64,000 nucleotides of DNA. Source: a virus (Duplodnaviria > Heunggongvirae > Uroviricota > Caudoviricetes). Of the stretch, positions 37,885 to 45,241 are shown one piece after another; position 1 is the first letter of the stretch, and every line of letters starts with the position of its first letter. The position numbers and the translations under genes were made by a program. The stretch is taken from the IMG/VR virus record IMGVR_UViG_3300050821_010409, positions 30,160 to 94,159 of that record. One strand, written 5' to 3'. The notes beneath the pieces were generated by a model. It did no database searches. It was not told the origin of the DNA and saw only the letters and a list, made by a program, of their open reading frames with translations.

Positions 37885-38234
37885 GCGTGCGCCAGTGGGC
37901 CAGCGCGGACGGCTGGACGCTCACGCTCACCTCCGCTTCCCGCCAGGCCGGGTCGTTCCGGAGCTGGCCGGAGTACCGCCTCCACGGCGTGGCGTGCACG
38001 GTCCCGCAAGCGCAGGAGATCGTAGCATGGCGCGAGGCCTGCACCTGCGGGGGAATCGCCGCCTGCGTGGTGCTGAATGACATCCGGGTCACCGAGGAGG
38101 AAGCGCTCATGCTCATCAACGGCACGGACGTGATGACGCTCCTGCTGCACGGCAGCACGACGCCAGCGGTGCCAGCGGTGCCGGCGCGGCTGCGCGCCCG
38201 GAAGCTGACGATGGCGGAACTGGGGGCGCGGTGA
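37881..38234 (+). CDS. small protein ending ..LRARKLTMAELGAR*
   Basis: ATGA coupling; C-terminus encoded by junction repeat J1. Confidence 0.4.
   Translation: MSVRQWASADGWTLTLTSASRQAGSFRSWPEYRLHGVACTVPQAQEIVAWREACTCGGIAACVVLNDIRVTEEEALMLINGTDVMTLLLHGSTTPAVPAVPARLRARKLTMAELGAR
38191..38234 (+). repeat. junction repeat J1 (TGCGCGCCCGGAAGCTGACGATGGCGGAACTGGGGGCGCGGTGA)
   Basis: ~30-bp near-identical DNA element at the gene 3' end / next start; encodes RARKLTMAELGAR*. Confidence 0.85.
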
Positions 38235-38467
38235 ACGACGACGGTTCCTTCACGGCCTGGATCATGACGCGGTACGTGAACTGCGCCCTGGTCACCGCGG
38301 ACGAGGCCCGGGCCCTCCTGGGGCTGGGCAGCAGCGGCGAGTATGCCCCCGAGCCATGGCCGTGCCTGCCGGGAGAGCCCTGGGGCACCGTCACGGGTGC
38401 CTGGCGCCGCCCGGCCCCGGTGCTGCGCGCCCGGAAGCTGACGATGGCGGAACTAGGGGCGCGCTGA
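38231..38467 (+). CDS. small protein ending ..LRARKLTMAELGAR*
   Basis: GTGA coupling; C-terminus encoded by J2. Confidence 0.4.
   Translation: MNDDGSFTAWIMTRYVNCALVTADEARALLGLGSSGEYAPEPWPCLPGEPWGTVTGAWRRPAPVLRARKLTMAELGAR
38424..38467 (+). repeat. junction repeat J2
   Basis: tgcgcgcccggaagctgacgatggcggaactaggggcgcgctga. Confidence 0.85.
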
Positions 38468-38778
38468 TGGCCCGCATCTCCGGGCGGGCAGGCTGGGCGA
38501 TCACCCTGGACCCGTACCGGGCCTTCCAGGAGCGCTGGGTCCTGGACGGGATCAGGATGACGATGGCGTGCGCGCAGGACGTCGTGGCGGCCCGGCCCGG
38601 CCTGACCGTCAGCTACAGCATGCGGGACAGCGGCACGGCCGACGTGATCGAGCTGTCCGGCATTGAGCTGACGGCCGCTGAGGCGCGGGCAATCGCCCAT
38701 GGCGCTGACCCGGTGACGGTGCTGCTGCCCGGCTGGCCGCGCGCCCGGAAGCTGACGATGGCGGAGCTGACGGCATGA
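38467..38778 (+). CDS. small protein ending ..RARKLTMAELTA*
   Basis: TGATG coupling; C-terminus encoded by J3. Confidence 0.4.
   Translation: MARISGRAGWAITLDPYRAFQERWVLDGIRMTMACAQDVVAARPGLTVSYSMRDSGTADVIELSGIELTAAEARAIAHGADPVTVLLPGWPRARKLTMAELTA
38739..38778 (+). repeat. junction repeat J3
   Basis: gcgcgcccggaagctgacgatggcggagctgacggcatga. Confidence 0.85.
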
Positions 38779-39038
38779 TGAAGGTCCGCACCCGGGCCCG
38801 GGAAGGCACGGCGCTGCGCTTCAGCGGCGACATCACCGCGGACTGGGCCGCCATCTCGGCGATGGCCGGCCCGCACGCCAGCATTGAAGACGGGAAGGTC
38901 ATCATCAGCTGCCCGGTCACGCTCAACCGCACGGAGCTGAAGCCCGGCTGGCTGCTGCTGGCCCTGGACGGCGCGGACGGCCGCCTTGTCTTGACCCCCA
39001 TGGCCTTCCGGCAGCAGTTCGAGGAGCTGGCGCCATGA
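38775..39038 (+). CDS. hypothetical protein
   Basis: ATGA coupling. A 30-bp duplicate of its own 5' end (ATGATGAAGGCCCGCACC) follows at 39035. Confidence 0.4.
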   Translation: MMKVRTRAREGTALRFSGDITADWAAISAMAGPHASIEDGKVIISCPVTLNRTELKPGWLLLALDGADGRLVLTPMAFRQQFEELAP

Positions 39039-39260
39039 TGAAGGCCCGCACCTGGGGAATCCCGTGAGCGCGGCGCGGCTGGCGTTCGAGGCCCGGCTGT
39101 GGTGCCAGGGCCTGTGGCTGGCGGCGTGGGACTGCGGCATTGCCGGCGCCGTCGTGGTCCTCGTCCTGGTCACCGGGTACCCGGTGATGCTCGTTACCGC
39201 GTGCCTGATGGCGCACTGGCTGCTGGGGACCCGGCTGTAGCCGGAGGAGGGAGCTGGCCC

Positions 39261-39683
39261 GTGGACGCCGGGCCCTGCACGTGCTGCGGCCGGGTGCTGC
39301 TGCTGCCCTACCGCCGCCAGGGCTGGTGCGCGTCGTGCTACAGCCGCTGGCGCGCGCTGGGCAAGCCGCCGTCCCTGCCGCCGCCCGCGCGCCAGGGCGC
39401 GCCGCGCACCCGGCTGCTGGCAGCCTGCCCGTCGTGCGGCAACGACGAGGGCGGCTACTGCCGGGGCTGGTGCGCACGCTGCTACCGGCGCTGGCTGCGC
39501 ACGGGCCGGCCGGAGCAGGGGCCGCCACCGCCGCAGCGTAGCCTGGACAAGGCCGGGCACCTGGCTGACTGCCAGTACCTGCTGGAGCAGGGCATCACCA
39601 GCGCGGCAGAGCTGGCCCGGCGCCTCGGCGTGCACCCCGACACGGTGCGCGGCTACCTGCGCGAGCTGAGGACGCGGCCCTGA
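39261..39683 (+). CDS. zinc-finger plus C-terminal HTH DNA-binding protein
   Basis: RBS GGAGGAGGG; two CxxC..CxxC pairs; ITSAAELARRLGVHPDTVRGYLREL. Confidence 0.45.
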   Translation: MDAGPCTCCGRVLLLPYRRQGWCASCYSRWRALGKPPSLPPPARQGAPRTRLLAACPSCGNDEGGYCRGWCARCYRRWLRTGRPEQGPPPPQRSLDKAGHLADCQYLLEQGITSAAELARRLGVHPDTVRGYLRELRTRP

Positions 39684-39985
39684 TGGCGGCCCGGCACTGG
39701 ACGCTTGACCAGGAGCGCAACGCGCAGCGCGACGTCACGGGCTGGCGGCTGGCCATGCGGGCCCGGACCAGGGACGAGGAACGGCTGCTCGCCGCCTGCG
39801 GGCTGACCGTGGCTGAAGGCTGGCTGCGCGGCGCCTTCGTCACGCAAGAACAGGCCGAGGCCATCATCGGCGGCGCGGACCCGCTGGAGGTGCTGCTGGA
39901 GCAGCGCTCGCCGCTGCGCGCCCGGAAGCTGACGATGGCGGAGCTGACCGGGCACCCGGCTGCTGGCACGGCAGGCCGCTGCTGA
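39683..39985 (+). CDS. small protein containing ..LRARKLTMAELTGHPAAGTAGRC*
   Basis: Contains junction repeat J4. Confidence 0.4.
   Translation: MAARHWTLDQERNAQRDVTGWRLAMRARTRDEERLLAACGLTVAEGWLRGAFVTQEQAEAIIGGADPLEVLLEQRSPLRARKLTMAELTGHPAAGTAGRC
39916..39947 (+). repeat. junction repeat J4
   Basis: gcgcgcccggaagctgacgatggcggagctga. Confidence 0.8.
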
Positions 39986-40197
39986 TGGCGAAGCCCCGGG
40001 CAGCGCTGACGGCTGGCGACCACGTGATCATCACCAGCCGCGATCATCCCTGGTACGGCAGCACGGGCGTGCTGAGCGCCCGGTTCCACTCGCCGTCCGT
40101 GCCGGGGCTGGCCTGGATCGTGACCCTGGATGACGTCTGGGGCCAGACTGCCGTCGCGGCGGATGAGATTGCCAGGACGGGGCGCGCTCGTGGCTGA
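39985..40197 (+). CDS. hypothetical small protein
   Basis: TGATG coupling. Confidence 0.4.
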   Translation: MAKPRAALTAGDHVIITSRDHPWYGSTGVLSARFHSPSVPGLAWIVTLDDVWGQTAVAADEIARTGRARG

Positions 40198-40206
40198 CAA
40201 TCGTGG

Positions 40207-40242
40207 CTGGCAATGCCTGCGCAGAGGCACGAGAACTGCGAC
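40207..40242 (+). repeat. solitary CRISPR repeat unit S7 (35/36), followed 1 nt later by ATG of a 5-codon ORF
   Basis: ctggcaatgcctgcgcagaggcaCgagaactgcgac gATGGATAGCGGCTGA. Confidence 0.9.
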
Positions 40243-40279
40243 GATGGATAGCGGCTGACACGGCGCAGGGGGGCCAGGC

Positions 40280-41125
40280 TCAGTCCTTGTCCAGGGCCTC
40301 CCGGGCCACCAGCGCATCGTAGTCCTCCTGCTGCGCCAGCGCGTCGTAGGCCGCCCGGATGCGGGCCAGGACAGCGCCCTCAGACCCGCGGCCCTGGATG
40401 GCGCCCGCCAGCTCCCAGGTCCCGGCTGCCTTCATCGCCCGCAGCAGCACCTCCCGGTCCATCTCAGCATTGCCCAGCGCCAGCGCGATGGCCTTGACCA
40501 GCGAGGCGTTGGTGCGCCGGGAGTCGTCATCGGGGAAGCTCTCGCGGATGGCCCGCAGCACCTCGCGCAGCCGCGCCTCGCCGCCGATGCTCAGCACGTA
40601 CTGCCCGGCCGTGATCGACAGCACGTGCGCGGAGTCAGTGCGGTTGCCCAGGGTGAAGCCGTTCTCCTCGTAAGCCTTGTTGATGACGAACGCCGCGCTG
40701 CCGGCGTCGAACTCCACGTCCGCGCGGGCGGCCTCCAGCGGCGTCACCCGCTTGAGCTTCTGCAGCTCCTGGAAGACCCGGTTCTCCTGGGCCGGCGTCA
40801 GGCCGCGCAGCACCCGGCACGGCACCAGGACGTTCGGCCCGAACTTGGCCTGCAGCCAGTGGTTGGAGGAGTTGCCGTCCAGCGTGTAGTACTGCCGGGT
40901 GTCCTCGCGGTAGGACACCACCCGCGGGCGCAGCAGCACCGGGTTGTAGTCGCCGTAGGCCCGTGACCGGGCGCGCAGCGAGGCCTGCCAGCGCACGCTG
41001 TCGGCGGGGCGGTTGCGCTGCGGGCCGTGCAGGTTGGCGAACGCGGACGTCAGGATGCCGACCGGCAGCATGACCTCCTCGTAGTTGACGGCGGGCGCAG
41101 CGGGGTACTCGGTCTTGCGTGCCAT
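40280..41125 (-). CDS. hypothetical protein (281 aa) on the opposite strand
   Basis: RBS AGGAAAGGG; native-looking; lone minus-strand gene inside a plus-strand block. Confidence 0.55.
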   Translation of the reverse strand: MARKTEYPAAPAVNYEEVMLPVGILTSAFANLHGPQRNRPADSVRWQASLRARSRAYGDYNPVLLRPRVVSYREDTRQYYTLDGNSSNHWLQAKFGPNVLVPCRVLRGLTPAQENRVFQELQKLKRVTPLEAARADVEFDAGSAAFVINKAYEENGFTLGNRTDSAHVLSITAGQYVLSIGGEARLREVLRAIRESFPDDDSRRTNASLVKAIALALGNAEMDREVLLRAMKAAGTWELAGAIQGRGSEGAVLARIRAAYDALAQQEDYDALVAREALDKD

Positions 41126-41518
41126 GACGGCCCTTTCCTGTGAGGCGTATGCCAGACTCCATCATACTTTACCTGGTGACGTGGGTTATACTACAAGAGA
41201 CAAAATGGCGATGAAAAGGAGGACGGTCATGGCATGCGACAGCTGCGGCGCGCGGCGCGGGCACCTGCCCGGCAACCGGCGGCGGGGGCGGCGGCCGGAA
41301 GGGGAAGAAGCCCGTTGACAACAAGAAGGACATGCACAAGCACGACTGGACGTTTGACGGCTCGAAGACCGAGCGGCGCGGCAGCGGCCTGTACCTGATC
41401 ATTACCTACAAGTGCCTGAACAAGAACTGCCCTTCCCCGGTCAGCATCGTGGAGAAGAAGGTAGAGGACTGATGACGCGAGCCAGACCGGGAAAGACCCG
41501 GTGCAGTAGGATGACGGC

Positions 41519-41731
41519 ATGCTGACCGGCGACTGGGGCGAGGACCTCCTGCGTGTCCTGGAGGGCCTGGATGAATCACGCCAGGAGATGCTGACCCTGG
41601 AGGCCGCCCTCGCGAAGCTGCGCCAGGAGATGCTGCGGCTGGCGGTACCGGGCTTCCCGGAGCAGGCCTTGCGCCCGGCTGGGCAGCTGCGGGCGCGGAA
41701 GCTGACGATGGCAGAGCTGGCGGGCCGGTGA
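41519..41731 (+). CDS. small coiled-coil protein ending ..QLRARKLTMAELAGR*
   Basis: Contains junction repeat J5. Confidence 0.4.
   Translation: MLTGDWGEDLLRVLEGLDESRQEMLTLEAALAKLRQEMLRLAVPGFPEQALRPAGQLRARKLTMAELAGR
41689..41731 (+). repeat. junction repeat J5
   Basis: gcgggcgcggaagctgacgatggcagagctggcgggccggtga. Confidence 0.8.
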
Positions 41732-41735
41732 CCAG

Positions 41736-42212
41736 GTGACCATGCCGAATGCAGACGCGCCCCGGGTCACCCGGCACCTCCTGCGGATCTTGCGGGTGTT
41801 CCTGGATGATCCCGCGCCGCATTACGGCCGGGAGATCATGCAGCAGGCAGGGCTGACGTCGGGAGTGCTGTACCCGGCCCTGCACCGGGCCGAGAGCGCA
41901 GGCTGGGTGACGTCCTGGTGGGAGGCGCAGGACCCGGTCACGGCCGGGCGCCCGGCGCGGCGCTACTACGCCCTCACCCCGGCTGGCGCGCAGTTCGCCC
42001 GGCGTGAGCTGGCTGAGCTGCAGGGCGCGGCGGCGGATGCGGGCAACGGTGATGAGCTGCTGCGCGACGTCCTGGAGGCCCTGTGCCGGCGCGATGGCCT
42101 CCCCCTGGAGTCCGCCGCTGACCCCGGGGCGCCGGCCCGGAACGATGAGCTGGCGCTGCGGCTGGGCATCGGGCGCGCCTTCGGGCTGGAGGAGCAGGGG
42201 GAAAGCTCATGA
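41736..42212 (+). CDS. PadR-family winged-helix transcriptional regulator
   Basis: HYGREIMQQAGLTSGVLYPALHRAESAGWV..RRYYALTPAG PadR signature. Confidence 0.6.
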   Translation: MTMPNADAPRVTRHLLRILRVFLDDPAPHYGREIMQQAGLTSGVLYPALHRAESAGWVTSWWEAQDPVTAGRPARRYYALTPAGAQFARRELAELQGAAADAGNGDELLRDVLEALCRRDGLPLESAADPGAPARNDELALRLGIGRAFGLEEQGESS

Positions 42213-42366
42213 CGCGGGACCTGAGCCGGGGGCAGCGTGGCGAGACATGGCTGTGCTGCCGCTTCTTCCTGCACCTGCGTGATGACCCGCCTGCGTACTG
42301 CGCGCGGTTCCGGGGCGAGAAGCAGCTGCGGCGGCACTGGCGGCGGCATCACCTGGCAAGGCAGGA

Positions 42367-43092
42367 GCCTTCGTCGTGAGTGACGTCATCGCCGGCGTCG
42401 CGCAGACCTTCACCGCGCACAACACCGAGCTGGACGACGGCTCGCAGACGCTTCCCGGGCGCCCGCTCCTCGCGGGCAACGGCACCTGCCGGGCCGCGCT
42501 GCGGGACCTGGAACTGGCCTTCCCTGACCGCGCCCTGCATGGCCGCCCGGTGACGGTGGCCGACCTGGGCTGCCTGGAAGGCGGCTACAGCGTGGCCTTC
42601 GCCAGGGCTGGCTACGACGTGACGGGGTATGAGGCCCGCGCCGAGAACATCGCGTGCTGCCGCTACGTCATGGACCGGGTGGCGCTGCCCGGCCTGGCGT
42701 TCGTGAAGGCGGACGTGCGCGACGTCGTGGTACAGGCCCGGGAAGGCGAGTGGGACGCCGTCTTCTGCTGCGGGCTGCTGTACCACCTGGATGACCCAGT
42801 GGCCTTCCTGAACGGCCTCGGGAAGGCGACGGGCCGGCTGCTCATCGTGCAGTCACACGTCGCCACGGAGCCGGACGCCGAGCACGAAGGCTACCGCGGG
42901 CGGTGGGTGGCGGAGCAGAACCGCAACCGCTGGGCCGCGTGGCGTAACGAGCGCAGCTTCTGGCTCAGCAAGGAGGCGCTGCTGGCTGCCATCCAGGCCG
43001 CCGGGTTCGGGCTGGCCTTCGAGCAGCATGACGGGAAGGCGCCCGGGACAGGCACGGACCGTGTCATGATCGTCGGCGTCAAGGCGAGCTGA
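42367..43092 (+). CDS. class I SAM-dependent methyltransferase
   Basis: VADLGCLEGGYSVAFARAGYDVTGYE (motif I), DAVFCCGLLYHL (motif II-like). Confidence 0.6.
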   Translation, partial: AFVVSDVIAGVAQTFTAHNTELDDGSQTLPGRPLLAGNGTCRAALRDLELAFPDRALHGRPVTVADLGCLEGGYSVAFARAGYDVTGYEARAENIACCRYVMDRVALPGLAFVKADVRDVVVQAREGEWDAVFCCGLLYHLDDPVAFLNGLGKATGRLLIVQSHVATEPDAEHEGYRGRWVAEQNRNRWAAWRNERSFWLSKEALLAAIQAAGFGLAFEQHDGKAPGTGTDRVMIVGVKAS

Positions 43093-43120
43093 CGCCTTAG
43101 GCCGGCGTCAGCGTGGCCCG

Positions 43121-43156
43121 GGGGCAATGCCTGCGCAGGGGCAAAAGAACTGCGAC
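43121..43156 (+). repeat. solitary CRISPR repeat unit S8 (32/36)
   Basis: ggggcaatgcctgcgcaggggcaaaagaactgcgac; lies upstream of the 43201 gene. Confidence 0.85.
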
Positions 43157-43200
43157 GACTGGGAAAGACCAGGAAAGACTGGGCATGCTAGGATAGCGTC

Positions 43201-43455
43201 ATGACCCTGGGGTACATGACCGTTGAGGAGTTCTGGGGCGTCCCGTACTGGGAACCGGAGCTGAGGCGGAGCCAGGAAACCGGCGCCCTTGCCGCGGAAC
43301 TGTGCCGTCAGCGGGGACTGCCCGTGCTCGCCGTCCCGGTTGAGCGTCCTTACCGGACAATGGGCGCTTACCCTTACCGCATCCTGGGCGAGGCCATCCA
43401 GCTCTGGCTTCAGGGCTGGCGCGCCCGGGACCTGCGCAGGAACAGGCTGTACTGA
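43201..43455 (+). CDS. hypothetical protein (84 aa)
   Basis: Leaderless-type start after gctaggatagcgtc. Confidence 0.45.
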   Translation: MTLGYMTVEEFWGVPYWEPELRRSQETGALAAELCRQRGLPVLAVPVERPYRTMGAYPYRILGEAIQLWLQGWRARDLRRNRLY

Positions 43456-43456
43456 C

Positions 43457-45169
43457 GTGGGCAACCGGTACGATGCTGATCACTGCTGGCGCCGCCGTCG
43501 CTACGCACGGATGATGCGGCATGATGGCGGCCTGCCCTGCGCCCGGTGCGGGCAGTGGATTCCCGCTGGTGATCCCTGGCACCTTGGCCATCCCGATGGC
43601 GAAGCGCCTGGCGGTCCTGAGCACGAGCAATGCAACCTGCGCGCGCCCGCGCGCCTGAAGAAGGAACGGAGCGCGCCCGTGATGACGATGACCCGGGACC
43701 AGGAGCTGGCCGCACGGTGGATCATGGGGCATGACTACAGCTCCGGGCCGCTGGCCGTTTGCGGGTACGCGGGGACCGGGAAGAGCTGGCTGGCCACTCA
43801 CGTAGTGCCAGAGGTATTCGCCGGCCGGCGGCTGGTTTACGCGGCGCCCACGAACAAGGCTGCCCGTAAGGTGCTCTGGGAGAAGCTGGAAGACGCGGGC
43901 GTTGCGGTATCTGGCTTCCCGCACGGGCGCGGACGGCATTCCGGAGACGACGACGGAGGGGAAGACGGTGACCGGTTCACGGAGCCCGTCTCCCTCGGCA
44001 CCGTTTTCGCGCTGCTGAACCTGCCCAAGGTGCAGCTTGTCTGCGACAGTTCCGGAATCGCCTGCGGGGAAGGCGAGACGTGCCCCGATCACCAGGGCCT
44101 GATGATGACGCGCCCTGACGGCGTTGCAGTGCCCGCTGGCCCGTGCATGCTGCGGGAGTCCGGCCTCAAGGCTGACCCGCGCACGGACCCGCTGTCGGGA
44201 GCGGAGGTGATCATCATCGATGAGGCTTCCATGCTCAGCCGTGATGACTACGCGACGCTGTGCCAGGAGTGCGCCCGTCGCCGCATCCCGCTGCTGCTGT
44301 TCGGCGATCCCGGGCAGCTGCCGCCGGTGGGCGACCCGGGCTTCAGCGCGCTGGCCGCGCCGGGCATCGTCATGGAGGCCATTGTCCGGCAGCGGGCGGG
44401 CGACCCGATCATCGCGCTGGCCACAATGGCCCGCCTCGGGCAGTACCTGGCGCCCGGCCCTTACGGCCCGCTCGCGCACGTGCTGCCGCCGGACCTGGGT
44501 GAGTCGGTTTCCGCTGCTAACACGTACTTCGCCCAGCGGGCGGCAAGCGGCGACATGATCATCTGCCCGCGTCATGACGGCTACCGCCCTGGCGGCCGGG
44601 TCTGGCACAACAACCGCGCCCGGGAGGCCCTCGGCTTCACTGGCCCGTGGCCGGTTCCCGGGGACGTCGTGGTGTCCATGGCCAACGATTACTACCTGTG
44701 GCGGGCCTTCAATGGCAGCCGCGGGACCGTCCTGGAGGCGGGTGAGCCCTTTGAGCACGCGGAAGAGCTCGTCATCGACATGACCGTGCAGTTCTCCGGG
44801 TACCGGGACCCGCGCCGGTTCCTCGCGCTGGCCCGGCAGTTCGGCCACCCGGGGAACGGGACGCCGGCCGGGCCGCGCAAGGTGCAGGCCACCGTCCCGG
44901 TGCGGCCGGCATTCCGGGATGAGCTGGAAGCCGTCCGCGCCAGCCGTCCCGATGACCTGACGCCGAAGGAGCTGAAGATGCTGCACGACGGCAAGGAGCC
45001 ACTGCTGCGGCTGGACTACGGCTACGCGCTCACCGCCTGGAAAGCCCAGGGTGACGAGGCCCGGGGAGTGCTGGTCACCGGGGCCTTCGACCGGCTGCCG
45101 CACGTCTCGCGTGAGGCTTACTTGTACACGGCGATCACCCGGGCCCGGGAGGAGATCGCCATCGGGTGA
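43457..45169 (+). CDS. HNH zinc-finger fused to a RecD-like (AAA_30/UvrD_C) DNA helicase
   Basis: N-terminal CARCGQWI..HLGH..HEQCN (HNH-like); GYAGTGKS Walker A; IIIDEASML Walker B; LLLFGDPGQLPPV; C-terminal YALTAWKAQGDE. Confidence 0.6.
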   Translation: MGNRYDADHCWRRRRYARMMRHDGGLPCARCGQWIPAGDPWHLGHPDGEAPGGPEHEQCNLRAPARLKKERSAPVMTMTRDQELAARWIMGHDYSSGPLAVCGYAGTGKSWLATHVVPEVFAGRRLVYAAPTNKAARKVLWEKLEDAGVAVSGFPHGRGRHSGDDDGGEDGDRFTEPVSLGTVFALLNLPKVQLVCDSSGIACGEGETCPDHQGLMMTRPDGVAVPAGPCMLRESGLKADPRTDPLSGAEVIIIDEASMLSRDDYATLCQECARRRIPLLLFGDPGQLPPVGDPGFSALAAPGIVMEAIVRQRAGDPIIALATMARLGQYLAPGPYGPLAHVLPPDLGESVSAANTYFAQRAASGDMIICPRHDGYRPGGRVWHNNRAREALGFTGPWPVPGDVVVSMANDYYLWRAFNGSRGTVLEAGEPFEHAEELVIDMTVQFSGYRDPRRFLALARQFGHPGNGTPAGPRKVQATVPVRPAFRDELEAVRASRPDDLTPKELKMLHDGKEPLLRLDYGYALTAWKAQGDEARGVLVTGAFDRLPHVSREAYLYTAITRAREEIAIG

Positions 45170-45211
45170 GCCGTCGGGGCTGTGCCGGGGCCGTGGAGTA
45201 GCTAAGTGGCG

Positions 45212-45241
45212 CACTATAGAAGTCTCTTATAGTATTGTTGC
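45212..45241 (+). promoter_or_regulatory. leaderless promoter motif upstream of the cas12-like gene (GTCTCTTATAGTAT..)
   Basis: Same AT-rich motif as at 20207, 24084 and 15975; -10-like TAGTAT lies 6 nt before the ATG. Confidence 0.45.

Noticed and set aside
40280-41125. Assigning the 281-aa minus-strand protein to the DndB/DGQHR family.
   Set aside because: Only a vague DG..H resemblance (YTLDGNSSNHW); too weak to call without a profile search.
41205-41472. Two alternative small ORFs after promoter motif I: 41205-41318 (MAMKRRTVMACDSCGARRGH..) and 41332-41472 (K-rich MHKHDWTFDGSKTERRGSGLYLIITYKCLNKNCP..).
   Set aside because: They cannot be told apart from sequence. The first is leaderless-compatible but Arg-rich. 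The second looks more protein-like but its SD spacing is too short. Neither is listed as a feature.
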